A DNA stretch of 64,000 bases, from the NCBI RefSeq assembly GCF_006345805.1, contig NC_043002.1, forward strand, positions 21,266,001 through 21,330,000, read 5' to 3'. Below are positions 23,270-36,430 of this stretch, in pieces (position 1 is the stretch's first letter; every line of letters begins with the position of its first letter). This DNA is from Octopus sinensis. Its lineage: Eukaryota. The position numbers were made by a program, and so were the translations under genes. Under the pieces are notes generated by a model. The model was not told the DNA's origin. It searched no databases and saw nothing but the letters and a program-made list of their open reading frames with translations.

Positions 23270-23791
23270 TATATAAATATGGTAATGTATAAGAGAGAAC
23301 CATAATCCTTTCTTTTCCCTTCTCTGTATATATATATACATATATATATATATGTTGTGGAGGTGGATACCATAACCTTTTAATCTTTCTCATTCTCTCT
23401 CTCTCTGTCTCTCTCTCTCTCTCATGGAGACAGACCTATGCATCAGACAGATCACATGAGTAGCAGCACAGAGCAATACGAAACAAAAGAGGCAGGCATG
23501 ACGTTCTAGGTGCTAAGTAATGATAATAATTACAGCTATGAAAGTGAACAATACATACCTTCAGGTTGTTTAATAGACAATAAATACAACAATGCAGTCG
23601 TTATGTAGCAACCTGCTCCAATCACACTTCCCTACACCAAACATTTGCTGTTTCTAAACCCTCAAATTTTTGTCTGTAGATCAACCCATCCCTTCCATCA
23701 AACCCTCAGTTGATCATCCAGCAACCTGAACATCCGTTAGGAGCATACTGGAGGAGGTAAGACAGTTTGTATTTATGTGTGATATAATGTA

Positions 23792-24645
23792 CTAGGTCTG
23801 ATCAAGAAGTATTCGGATTGTTGCCATAGTAACGAAACTAAAGCATGCAGAGTATAAAGCTGCTGGGCACAGACTGACCTTGAACTCTGCTGTGCATGTG
23901 CACTAAGATTTAACATTCTAGCTCACTTCTGCTGTTTACAGCAGTGCTTGGAAGGAAGGTGTGTAGCGTGTGATCATTGCATTGACCATGACAGAGAAAG
24001 TTGTCATGGTGATATCTGCTCAGAGGCCTATGCAAGTTTGCAGAAAGTGGATGGGGAAGAGTGTATGAGCTGCACACAAGTGTACGAATGGTTGAGACAT
24101 TTCCAAGATGGCTGAAAAAATGTCATTATCTACAAACGTTTTGGGAGATCTACAACCAGAAGAACTGAGAAAAACATTGCAGATGTGCATACAGCTGTGA
24201 GGAAAAATCGTCAAATCACTATCCATGAGTTATCATAGGATGTGCAAATTAATTAAGATTCAGCTCTGTCCATAATCCCTGAAGATTTGGGTATGAGACA
24301 TGTGTCTGCCAAGTTTGTGCCAAAACTACTTTCAGTTGACCAAAAAGACACTTGGGTTTCAGTTGCACAAGATCTTGATTGTGTCAAAAATAATGAAAAC
24401 TTCTTGAAAACTTTGTGTAGGCCACTGAGCAGATATCATGAAGCTTTTGGCAAAATTCAATGTAGATTCTCTGCTCAAATTTCTCTGTCATAGTCAATGC
24501 AATCCTCACACGCTACATGCCTTCCTTAAAACTTTGTGAACATGCACAACATAGTTCAAGGTCAATCTGCACCAAGCAGCTTTACTCTGCATGCTTTAGC
24601 TTCATTGCTATGGCAACAGTCCAGATACTTATTGATCAGACCACA
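23792..24645 (+). mobile_element. Internally deleted mariner element
   Basis: Imperfect TIRs (GGTCTGATCAAGAAGTATTCGGATTGTTGCCATAG / CTATGGCAACAGTCCAGATACTTATTGATCAGACC) with TA flanks. Remnant VYEWLRHFQDG...LGMRHVSAKFVPKLL. Confidence 0.82.
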
Positions 24646-24659
24646 TATGTTGTTGGAGA

Positions 24660-25159
24660 TGGAGAGCATTCTACTCAGTGAAGGATGTGCTGAAGGTGGA
24701 CCTGGACAAGGCATCTTCAACAGCACAGTCTTGCCTGCAATGTTATATGCATGAGAGACTCGGACCTTGAAAAAGGGAGAACAACAACATCCGCTTACGG
24801 TGCAGAAAGCTATGGAAAGGTTGATGTTGGGAATCTTGCTAAGAGATCATATCCAAAATGAGGAGATCAGGGATAGAACTGGAGTGAAGGCCGCTGTCGC
24901 AGAATACCACCACTCAAAGCTACAATGGGCCAGTCATGTATGTCACAAGGTTCACAGACAATTGGTCAACCCATGCAGTTGTCAAGTGGTACCCGCATGA
25001 GTGGAAGAGACCACTCGGAAAACTGCCAATGAGGTGGGAAGATGATTTTACGAAAAATGTTTGCAATGGCAAGAGTATGAGGGGAACGGACCAAATGTTG
25101 TGGCCAGTGAAGCCAACTTGGCACCAGACAGCCTGGCTGATCCAGTTGATCCAGGTGAT
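24660..25159 (+). mobile_element. RTE LINE 3' fragment (second RTE family)
   Basis: FNSTVLPAMLYA...AMERLMLGI...WYPHEWKRPLGKLPMRWEDD. Related to 63087-63640. Confidence 0.8.
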
Positions 25160-25179
25160 CATATATGTTGTAGTTGTAT

Positions 25180-25597
25180 GTATTTCTTTATTGCCCACAA
25201 GGGACTAAACATAGAGGGGACAAACAAGGACAGACAAACGGATTAAGTCGATTACATTAACCCCAGTGCGTAACTGGTACTTTATTTATCGACCCCGAAA
25301 GGATGAAAGGCAAAGTTGACCTCGGTGGAATTTGAACTCAGAACGTAATGGCAGACGAAATACCTATTTCTTTATTCTCCACAAGGGGCTAACCATAGAG
25401 TGGACAAACAAGGACAGACATAGGTATTAAGTCGATTACATTGACCCCAGTGCGTAACTGGTACTTTATTTATCGACCCCGAAAGGATGAAAGGCAAAGT
25501 TGACCTTGGTGGAATTTGAACTCAGAACGTAACGGAAGACGAAATACCGCAAAGCATTTTGCTTGGCATGCTAACATTTCTGCCAACTCGCCACCTC
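25180..25597 (-). mobile_element. SINE dimer inserted as one unit
   Basis: Junction 25364/25365 is identical to 18050/18051. 20-bp TSD CATATATGTTGTAGTTGTAT at 25160-25179 and 25598-25617. Confidence 0.9.
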
Positions 25598-25689
25598 CAT
25601 ATATGTTGTAGTTGTATAATAATAATAATAATAATGGTGATGATGATGATGATAATAATAATAATAAAGAGATACAAATACCAAGACAG

Positions 25690-25810
25690 ATTCAGAAGAC
25701 CAGTGGCTATGGATGAGGAGGTGTGACCTGAAGACAGAGACAGAAGCAATTATATGCACAGTACTAGAACAAGCAATAAGGACTAACTATGTGAAGTGCA
25801 AAATGACTTA
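25690..25810 (+). mobile_element. R4/Dong-type fragment
   Basis: DQWLWMRRCDLKTETEAIICTVLEQAIRTNYVK, a post-RT motif of RLE-type elements. Lies between TAA-rich tracts. Confidence 0.6.
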
Positions 25811-26719
25811 CCAGGTCATTGCCTTAATAACAATAATAATAAAAACAACAGCAGCAGCAACAACAACGACAACAGCAACAACAACAATAAAACAGTTGAT
25901 AGGTGCGACCCAGATATAATCATATCTGTGCTGGAATTAGGCGGAGTAATGCTAATTAATTGTGACAAGTGTGGCAAAAAAGAAATGCGATGGAAAGCAA
26001 GAGAACACTGATAATTATAATTTCTTCTATGTTAGACACAGATTAAGTAAAGAGTAGTCGACACTATAAACCCAAGCAGTTGATGATCCTTAATTTTATC
26101 AGACCCTGAAGGATAGGACATAAAGTTGATCATTGTAGGATTTGAATGTAAAAATCCAACCCAGAATGCTAAATCAGATTTTAAAAATCCCCTAAAAAAT
26201 ACTCCCAAATATTTTTTTATTATGCTTTAACTATTCTACTAATCCGCAGGTCTTGTAATGATGATGGTCACCCCCATCAGCTCAGATGTATGAGTGTTTG
26301 AAGAGAGTAATAGCAAAAATAAATGATCTTTTTTACTCTAGGCACAAGGCCTGAAATTGGTGGGGGAAGGTGACAGTTACTTAGATCGACCCCAGTACAC
26401 AACTGGTACTTAATTTATCGACTCCGAAAGGATGAACGGCAAAGTTGACTTCAGCGGAATTTGAACTCAGAATGTAAAGATAGACGAAATACCACTAAGC
26501 ATTTCGCTTGGCATGCTAATGTCTCTCTCAGCTCGCCGCCATAGCAAAAATAAATAATTTTAAAAAATGAAATAAAAAGAGCTGTATCTACTTGCAATGG
26601 ATGTGTGGAATGTAATTTGAATCCATGTATGTATTTTGCTATGAAATCGATATAGGGACATTGATGATTTTGATTTTGCCTGAGATTGGACAAATATGTC
26701 TGTTGGTTAGAGGATATAA

Positions 26720-27165
26720 TTCTTTATTGTTCTATTTCCTCAACGCAAATTGTCTGGATGCATCATGACACATTATATGCCATGCATATCAATCTAGGCA
26801 ACAACTTTCCCAAGATGTCAAATTAAGCTGTAGAGATTTTACTGGTTGCTTCAACTGACCCTTATACCTAAGGAAAGGTCTTCCTTTGCCACAATATCCC
26901 TATGCTTCTTGATCATACGAAAGAATTTTTGGAATGTGGTCATCTTTTATTCAAACAACATCCTACCCATCTGCACAGGATTCTCACCAGCATGCTTCGG
27001 ATACTTGAGATATCACATTCTTCTAAGATCTTGACATTAGATATCTTATCTTGCCATTTTATGTTGCGTATGTTGCACAAACAGCACGAGGAAAATTTTA
27101 AGTTTCTTTACATATCTGTAGTAAGGAGTTAAAGCTTCTGCTCCATATAAACGTGTGCTCAAAAT
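26720..27165 (-). mobile_element. Degenerate RTE (BovB-like) 3' fragment
   Basis: LYGAEA...NIKWQDKISNVKILEEC...RWVG...GRPFLRYKGQLK in shifting frames. Confidence 0.65.
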
Positions 27166-27725
27166 ACAAGATTTGTATACACTTATTTTCATTTTCAAAC
27201 TGACATCATGTTCATCCCACAAACACTATTAATAATAATCCTTTCAATTGTAGGCACAAGGCCTGAAATTTGTGAGGAGGGGTAAGTTGATCACACTGAC
27301 CCCAGTATATGACTGGTACTTAATTTATTGACTCTGAAAGGACGAAAGGTAAAGTGAACCATGGCAGAATTTGAACTCAGAACATAAGGAGGGACGAAAT
27401 GCTGTTAAGCATTTTACCCAGTGTGCTAACAATTCTGCCAACTTGGGGTAACATAAAATGTGTAAAAAAGTAAAAAATTACAAAAATATAAATTTTAACA
27501 AAGAATAATTCTCCAGAGGAGGAAGACTACCTAGGGCTGCTCATGGAAATCCCACAAAACCATAGAGCCTCTGACCACTAGGGCAAGTGCCCACTCCACA
27601 TCATTTGCAGGTGTATGTTTAATGTAGGCCTGTTCACTCGTACAATTCTTGCCACATTCACCCACCTTTCAATAAAATTGCTGGGGGGCAGCACTTCTTC
27701 CTCACTCTCCTTTTCAAACAAAGCT

Positions 27726-28129
27726 TGGAAAAGTTAATGAGAGCTTGGCCAAAGAGAAAAGTATCTGTCTTCAGCCCTTTCAATCTGTTTCACCACACAA
27801 CCTCTTTCCCTAAGGCCACCACACAAAGGAAAACTGCCTGCCCTTCCTGGCCAGTGGGACAATCTTCACAATGGATTCAGCTGATAGCTGGATCCATCCT
27901 ACACGTGACAGTAAGTGTTTGACAGTAAGTGGAAAAGTTGATGAGAGCTTGACCAAAGAGAAAAGTATCTGTCTTCAGCCCTTTCAATCTGCTCCACCAC
28001 ACAACCTCGTTCCCTAAGGCCACCACACAAAGGAAAACTGCCTGCCTTTCCTGGCCAGTGGGACAATCTTCACAATGGATTCAGCTGATAGCTAGATCCA
28101 TCCTACCTGTGACTGTAAGTGGTTGACAT
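27726..28129. repeat. 204-bp tandem duplication
   Basis: TGGAAAAGTT at 27726 and 27930; the copies differ by scattered substitutions. Confidence 0.9.
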
Positions 28130-28329
28130 AAACCCACAAGTTAACAATGCTCAAGCACTGGACAAGAACATGCAGAACGGTTCTGTTGCTTCGCATGCAT
28201 CTCAGGTAAGCTCAGCCAACAACACTTCCATGACTGTAGAGTTTATCTTGAACTGACAATACATCCCCATAGGACTGCCAAGCCAAGGGTTTTTGGAAAT
28301 TATCCAGAGGCCCCAACCCCAAAGTCCTA

Positions 28330-28650
28330 TAGAACAGACCAGCCAGTCAAGTTTTGTTGATGCCAAGAGTCTCTCCAAGAACATAGTCACACATATACAA
28401 TGTGACAAAGTCATAGAGTCAAGATGGCCAGATATTGTACACAGCAGTAAAAATGTAAAAGCAGTTAAGCAGTTAAGACAATAGAAGTTGCAATATCGGG
28501 TGATTCAAAGGTGAAAAATAAAGAACTAGAAAATACTGGCAACTGAGGGATGAGATGGGCTTTGGAGTATTGAGAAAGTGATTGTGATATGGGTAGCAAT
28601 TGGAACATTGGAAGCAGTCTTTGAGGGCTTTGAAAAGCACATCGGGAATA
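28330..28650 (+). mobile_element. R4/Dong-type endonuclease fragment
   Basis: QCDKVIESRWPDIV...KYWQLRDE...IGTLEAV. Confidence 0.6.
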
Positions 28651-28802
28651 TTAGAGTTACTAATAAAAGTAAATATAAGTAAATATATAATACAAAACTG
28701 CTACAGTGATCTCTACACATGCACCCCAATCAAAACGGAAACTTGTATATGTCACCCAGGTTTTTCTAACACTAATCAACATATACATAAACCAATGTAC
28801 AC

Positions 28803-29105
28803 AGTTCTATATTTAAGAGATGAGGAATTATGTACATTATTTACATTTTATTATCATTATTATTCAGGTCACTGCCTGAAATGCCCGTGGGCATATGGCG
28901 TAGTGGTTAAGAGTGTGGGTTACTAACCCCAAGATTCCAAGTTTGATTCCAGGCAGTAATAATAATAATAATAACATCGAAAAAATACCTTAGGAATGAG
29001 AACCCAGGTTCAAAATTTCCCCAAGACACCTGATGAAGGCTGGAGGGTATATCAGCCGAAATGTGTTAACAACAAACAAAATGAAGACAAATATCCGTCA
29101 AATGA
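28803..29105 (+). mobile_element. tRNA-headed, hammerhead-containing SINE-like element with inverted 5' segment
   Basis: A-box TGGCGTAGTGG (28896-28906), B-box-like GTTTGATTCC (28941-28950), (TAA)n linker, hammerhead at 29025-29067. 14-bp TSD AAACCAATRTACAC at 28789-28802 and 29106-29119 (1 mismatch). Confidence 0.75.
29025..29067 (+). ncRNA. Minimal hammerhead motif, probably inactive in this copy
   Basis: GACAC CUGAUGA A GGCUG-loop-CAGCC GAAAU GU GUU. A small deletion relative to the 40750 copy removes the NUH triplet. Confidence 0.55.
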
Positions 29106-30047
29106 AAACCAATATACACTTCCAACATAAAACTATAGGCATGTTTATGTTTTTGTGTAACAGAATCTTTCTTTCTTTCTTCTCTCTTATCTTTCTCAAC
29201 TCTCTCTTTTCTCTCTCTCCCTCTCTCTCTCTCTGTCTCTCTCTCCTTCTGAAAATGTCTTTCTAAAGTATTAGAAGTCAACCTGTCAGATGACTATAAT
29301 ACATAGATGTAAATAGGATTTACTGAGAACCCTATTAAACAGCATAGGTATATATTCTGGCACTCAGAATGACATTTTACTACTTCACTATCCAAATATA
29401 TCTAGACTTTAAAGGATAATAATAATAACAATTATACAATCTTCTGATTCATTATTGAACCCAAATTATACTGATTGACTAGCTCCAGAATAGAATACCT
29501 CAGTGTTTCAAAGAAGTGTAATATTTATTCTATTACAGCTGTTTGCAGTTTTGAACAAATTGTTGTAAGCAAATTTCCTACACAAAGGATTTGATATACC
29601 CCGAAAAAAATTCATATACATAAATACATACATACTTACGTACATACATACATACGTACATACATACATACATACATACAAACAGACAGACAGACTGACA
29701 CACACACACATGCATGCATGCATGCACATATACATATGTGTATGATTGTTTATACTAATGCAGATAGAGAAAGATCAAAGCTAAATTATTGCATATTGTT
29801 ATCAAGTATCAAGTAGATTTGTCATCTTAACAAACAATAATGCTTGTCTGAAAGGAATGAAGAAATTATCTAAATACAAAGATCTGGAAATAGAGATAAC
29901 CAGAATGTAAGGACTGAAAACAGGAAAAAAAAATTCCTATAATAAAAGCTGAGATAGGAATGATTACAGAGAAATACATAACCAAATCCACAAGACTTAC
30001 AGATATGTAGATCATAGAGAAAACATCAGTATTATGCATTGTACAGA

Positions 30048-30630
30048 GTGGCTATGTGGTAAGTAGCTTGCTCACCACCCACATGGTTCTGGGTTCAGCC
30101 CCACTGCATGGCACCTTGGGTAAGTGTCTTCTACTATAGCCTCGGGCTGACCGAAGCCTTGTGAGTGAATTTGGTAGACGGAAACTGAAAGAAGGCCGTC
30201 GTCATCATCATCATCATCATCATTTAATATATGAGTATATATATATATATATATGGTTGGCGTTAGGAAGGGCATCCAGCTGTAGAAACTCTGCCAGATC
30301 AAGACTAGAGCCTGGTGCAGCCATCTGGTTTGCCAGCCTTCAGGAAAATCATCCAACCCATGCTAGCATGGAAAGCGGACGTTAAACGATGATGATGATG
30401 AGGATGATGATGTATGTGTGTGTATATGTTTGTGTGTCTTTGTTTGTCCCCACAACATCTCTTGACAACCGATGCTGGCGTGTTTACATCCCTGTAACTT
30501 AGTGGTTTGGCAAAAGAGACCGATTGAATAAGTACTAGGCTTACAAAGAATAAGTGCTGGGGTTGATTTGCTCGACTAAAGGCGGTGCTCCAGCATGGCC
30601 ACAGTCAAATGACTGAAACAAGTAAAAGAG
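30048..30630 (+). mobile_element. Second-family SINE interrupted by an RTE 3' end (about 30255-30410)
   Basis: SINE head and tail are separated by TGGTTGGCGTTAGGAAGGG...GGACGTTAAAC(GAT)n at the internal microsatellite. Confidence 0.8.
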
Positions 30631-32294
30631 TAACAAGAGAGCGAGAGTCATTAAAAAATGCAAAGCTAAAACGAAATCCTGTGGCTTAGTGGTCAGGTTA
30701 TTCAGATCACAATTGTAAGGTTGTGAGTCTGATACCAAGTGTCATGTTGTCCCCTTGAGCGAGGCACTTTATTTCACATTCGTTCAGTTCACACAGCAGG
30801 TAAAATTGAGTAGTACCTGTATTTCAAAGGGCCAGTCTTGTCGCGTTCTCTGTCATGCTGAATCTCTCTGAGAACTACGTTAAGGTTATGTGTGTGTATG
30901 TGAAGTGCTCAGCCACATGCATGCCAATTTCAAGAGTTTGCTGTTCCATTGGCTGGATCAACTGGGACACTCGTTGTCATAACAGACAGGTTGCCAATCA
31001 TTAGTAAATGCAGAGTTGCACTAAAAAACACAGCATACAAATGAGACTGTTTAAAGATAATTTTAATTACAAATAATAAATAAAATCATCATCATCATCA
31101 TCAACATTTTACATCCATCTTTCATGCTGGTATGAGTTAGATGGCTTGACAGGAGCTAGTAAACCAGAAGACTGTGCCGGCTACACTATCTGCTTTGGCA
31201 TGATTTTTACAGCTGGATGCTCTTCCTAACACCAACCACATTACAATATGGATTACTTTAAGTAATTAACAGTAATAATTTGAGAACTGAAAAGGTAAAA
31301 CATCATCATCGTTTAGCATCCGTTTTACATGCTAGCATGGGTTGGACGGTTCGACCGGGGATCTGGGAAGCAAGAAGGCTGCACCAGGCTCCAGTCTGAT
31401 CTGACAGTGTTTCTACAGCTGGATGCCCTTCCTAATGCCAACCACTCCGTGAGTATAGTGGGTGTTTTTAGGTGCCAGGCGAGGCTGGCAATGGCCACGA
31501 TTGGATTGGTGCTTTTTATGTGCCACCAGCACGGAAGCCAGTCAAGGGGGCGCAGGCATCGGCCATGTTCGGATGGTGCATTTTACGTGCCACCGGCACA
31601 GGGATCACAACTGCAGTTTCCATTGATTGTTGATGTTGGTGTACTTGACTCAATGGATCTCCTCAAGCACAGGGTCGACGTATAACAAATATAAGCATGA
31701 AAAACCACATCATAGTTCACAACTCTAAACATGGTTCACAAAATAGACCTTGCTAAGTATAGTCTACATGCTGTGCAAGGCGTTTTCAATTCAGTTGCTT
31801 AATTTACACAGAACGATCTCTACCTTCCACACTGTACATTCCCTACACCAGTTGTTAGTAAAGTAGCCAATATTGGTCCCTGGGAGTCAATGTGGTTTTC
31901 TAAGGAGTCAATAAACACCTGAAATGATATTGAACATTAAGGGTGCTGAATTATCAGCAAACTGTTTTTTACAACATGAATAAGATTTGATTTATAAAGG
32001 TTCATCTGAAATGCAAAATGGAGATGCAAAATGCCTTAGCAGATATTGCATCATTGATATGCACCTATTAAATATGCAATGTTAACTAACTGATTGACAA
32101 GCCAGTTAAAGACAAGCACACACTTTTCATGTAAACATTATTACAGAATAAATCTGGAAACGTGAGACCACCATGTCACACACATATGGTTGTGATGCAT
32201 GTGCCTGGTGTACCCTTATAAGATGGGTAGTCATGAGGGGTATACTGGGTTTCGTATATTTTACCCCAGTGTCACTTTGATAGTATGCACTGCT

Positions 32295-32345
32295 CTCTCA
32301 CTCAATAATAATAATGATGATGATGATGATGATGATGGTGATGGC

Positions 32346-32393
<48 letters not shown>

Positions 32394-32575
32394 AATGATG
32401 AATGTGGTGGTAGTGGTGGTGGTGGTGGTGGTGGTGGTGATGATGATGATGATGATGATGAGTGTGGTGGTGGTGGTGGTGGTGGTGGTGGTGGTGATGA
32501 TGGTGATGATGATGATGATGATGATGATGCTGATGATGATGATGGTAATGATGATGATGATCATCATCATCATCA
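32295..32575. repeat. (GAT)n/(GGT)n compound microsatellite
   Basis: Direct inspection. Confidence 0.95.
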
Positions 32576-32584
32576 TGATTACAT

Positions 32585-32780
32585 TTTCAAACATAAAGGT
32601 TGTTCCTGTTGTGTTCAGAGCATTGGGTTCAATACTACCCTATCTGAAAAAACATTTGAACACTTTAGAAATACCCTACAATCTTGGTGTATTGCAAAAA
32701 TCAGCTTTACTTGGAAATGAATGCATACTGCGTAGAGTACTGTTTGTCTGAGGTCCTTGTTGTGACTTGACAGACAAGTA
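32585..32780 (+). mobile_element. R4/Dong-type 3' end
   Basis: NIKVVPVVFRALGSILPYLKKHL...LQKSALLGNECILRRVL followed by a stop. Confidence 0.78.
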
Positions 32781-32970
32781 CTTTCGGGGAGTTGTTAAGT
32801 CAATCACATCGACCCTAGTGTTCAACTGGTACTTATTTTAATCGACCCTGCAAGGATGAAAGACAAAGCCGACCTCAGCAGAATTTGAACTCAGAACATA
32901 AAGACGGATGAAATTCAGTGAAGCATGTTGCCAAGCATGCTAACGATTCTGCCAGCTTGCCACCTGTTAT

Positions 32971-33016
<46 letters not shown>

Positions 33017-33061
33017 GCAACAATAATAATAATAATAACAACAACAACAAAAATATAATGA

Positions 33062-33102
<41 letters not shown>

Positions 33103-33324
33103 AAAGTGTGCCTTCCCCACCTAATTTAAATTATACCTTACCTCTGCATTTCACAGATATTCATCAGCAAGGCATGTATAAAGCATTTATTTCTTCCTGT
33201 AATTAATGTGTTTTTGTGATACTTTCTGTATAGCTAGCTGAAAGTGACTATAGTATCCCTTGCCTTCTCTTGCTCCAGGCCACAGGTAAAAAGCCCAGCA
33301 AATGATTGCATAAAACCCATCAAG

Positions 33325-33368
<44 letters not shown>

Positions 33369-33572
33369 GTAATCTCAAATTTTAAAACAAACATAATTTT
33401 CATATGGTTTTTTAGACATTCACTAGTACAACACTATGTACAAAACCAAATGTATGGCACCCTAGGCATAACACCAACATGAACTTCCAACATGAACTTC
33501 TCTGGGTGAGACTTGGAGCCAACTTGTACAAATGTAAAGCAAAAGTCAAACATAGAATAATAATAATAATAT

Positions 33573-33624
<52 letters not shown>

Positions 33625-33625
33625 T

Positions 33626-34017
33626 AGCTAGTTCTGGCTAAGAAGGAATATATTCACAGACACGACAGAGTTGGGATCTATATACACTGGAAGCTATGCC
33701 AACATTATGGAATAACAACAGAAAAAAGATGGTATAGGCACAAGCCAGAAAAGATCACAGAAAATGAGAAAGCAACCATACTATGGGATATACCAATACA
33801 CATAGAGAGAGAAATTAAGGCCAATAGGCTAGATATAGCAGTCAGAGATCATCAAGAAAAAAAAAACTTTCTAATCGATGTATCAATACCAACAGATGAC
33901 AATGTTTCTCTAAAAGAAATGGAGAAACTTTCAAAATACAAAGAGCTGGAAATAGAGGTAACTCGAATGTGGGGTCAAAAAACAGAAACAATTATTTTAT
34001 CGACCATGGAAAAATAA
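33626..34017 (+). mobile_element. R4/Dong-type endonuclease fragment, frame still open
   Basis: LAKKEYIHRHDRVGIYIHWKLCQHYG...ILWDIPIHIEREIKANRLDIAVRD...FLIDVSIPTDDNVSLKEMEKLSKYKELEIEVTRMWG. Starts directly after (TAA)n. Confidence 0.88.
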
Positions 34018-34177
34018 AAAGGCAAAGTTGACCTTGGTGGAATTTGAACTCGGAACATGAAGATGGAGGAAATTCTGCTAAGCATTCTGCCCAGTGTGCT
34101 AATGATTCTGTCAGCTCACCGCCTTAATAATGATAATAGTAACAATAATAGTAATAGTAATAATAATAATAATGATG

Positions 34178-34221
<44 letters not shown>

Positions 34222-34469
34222 GATGATGATGATGATGATGATCTTTTCTGCTATAGGCACAAGACCTGAAATTTTGGGAAAGGGGATTAGTTGATTATAT
34301 CGACCCCAGTGTTTCTTTGGTACTTAATTTATCAATCCCGAAGGGATGAAAGGCAAAGTTGACCTTGGAGGAATTTGAACTCAGAATGCAGTGACGAGTG
34401 AAATACCACTAAGCATTTCGTCCAGTGCACTAATGATTCTGTCAGCTCACCACCTTAGTAATGATAATG

Positions 34470-34512
<43 letters not shown>

Positions 34513-36430
34513 TGATGATGATGATAATGATAATGATAATCTGATAATCCTTGCTATTATTGGCACAAGGTCTGAAATTTGGGGCAAGGGGATAGTTAAT
34601 TACATTGACCCTAATGCTCAATTGGTGCTTATTTTATCAACCCTGAAAGGATGAAAGGCAAAGTTGACCCCGGTGGAATTTGAATTTAGAACGCAAAGAT
34701 GAATTAAATTCTGATAAGCATTTTCCCCCACCATGCTAACAATTCTGCCAGCTCACCAATAATAATAATAATATTAATAACTTCAAGACCCTCTGAGCAA
34801 AATATAACTCAGAAAGAAGTCTCCAGGATTTTCTGTGTTCTGTGAGACATACGCCAAAACCTTGTCAGTTTCCATAGCCAATATATGCATATGACACCCC
34901 TTCAGCATGAACACCCAAAACTCATCTCCTCTTTGTAATTGCACAACCCCAATATCTGCCCTTCTGATAGTATATCTCTTTCTAAAGCATTAAGTTTATC
35001 AAGCTTAAGTTTCCCTTGCTTACAAGAATAGCGTAGACAGAAACAGTATACAATATGCCAGTGATTACAGTTTTCACACACTTCTAATTGTAACCCTGGT
35101 AAGCACAGCCCATATCCTACACATGATACTTTGAATGTAATGTTACAGCTAACACAGTGCACTGTCTCAGTGACTAAATCACACAACAGATTTTACACAA
35201 TCACCATGTAATCTTTTCTACACCAGGCACAAGACCTAAAATTTTGAGGGAAGGTGCCAGTCGATTAGATCAACCTCAATATGCAACTGGCACTTAATTT
35301 ATCGACCCCGAAAGGATGAAAGGCAAAGTCGACCTCAGTGGAATTTGAACTCAAATGTAAAGACAGACAAAATACCTCTAAGCATTTCGCCTAGTGCGCG
35401 AACATTTTTTTTTTATTGCCCACAAGGGGTTAAACATAGAGGGGACAAAAAGGACAGACAAACGGATTAAGTCGATTACATTGACCCCAGTGCGTAACTG
35501 GTACTTAATTTATCGGCCCCGAAAGGATGAAAGGCAAAGTCGACCTCGGCAGAATTTGAACTCAGAACGCAACGCCGGACGAAATACCACAAAGCATTAC
35601 GCCCGGCATGCTAACATTTCTGCCAGATCCCTGCCTCAATCACAATATAATAAAATACTAAACGCAAACATGGTACACTTTCTATACAATTACCATCATA
35701 TTATATAACTCTGTCAGTACATGTTTTAGTCTGTATGCTGACTTGCTCAATTCCATAAAGCGATAAACCGCATACTCTACCCAATTGCAGTCCAGTACTA
35801 AAACAAAAATAATGCGACAACTATTTTGCATTCTCTAACACAATAAATAAAATATCTGAATTAACACAAGGTATAATAAACAATAAAAATATCTCATAAT
35901 AAAACAAAACGTGTTTAGTATAGAACCATAATTGTGCAGCTGCAATGGACCACAGGAATAATGAAGTGCACGAAACGGTGCAGTATAAACTCATATGAGG
36001 ATGTCTGTTTTGTTGCCTAGCTACAAGAATTTAAATTTTAAGGGTGGGAACAGTTGACTAAGATCACCTCTCAGTTCCTACATGGGGTTATATATTGACT
36101 TCATGAGGATGAAGGGAGTAGGGAGTTTTTGTAAGATTTGATCTCTAAATGTTAAAAATCACAATATATATTACGATATCGAATATTATGATGAGATTGT
36201 GGAATATTATGAGCTTTTTCTGAAACATGTAAAAAATGAAACGAAAGCAAAATTGAAAGACTTTTGAAATCCAAGGATAATAATTAAAAAATGCTTATAA
36301 AAAACTCAACAAATTATTTCACAAAAATAACAAAAAAAAAGTGGATGAGATCTCAAAAAAGACAAAATATTCAAAAAGAAAATAGTAGAAACGAAACAAA
36401 AATAAAAAATAAAATTGAAGCATCACTTAC

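Noticed and set aside
28889-28957. Functional tRNA gene (also considered for other SINE heads)
   Set aside because: A and B boxes are present, but I could not form an acceptor stem or a full cloverleaf, and each head continues into a repeat body.
33140-33185. Minus-strand CUGAUGA...GAAA motif
   Set aside because: No real stem II and no NUH triplet.
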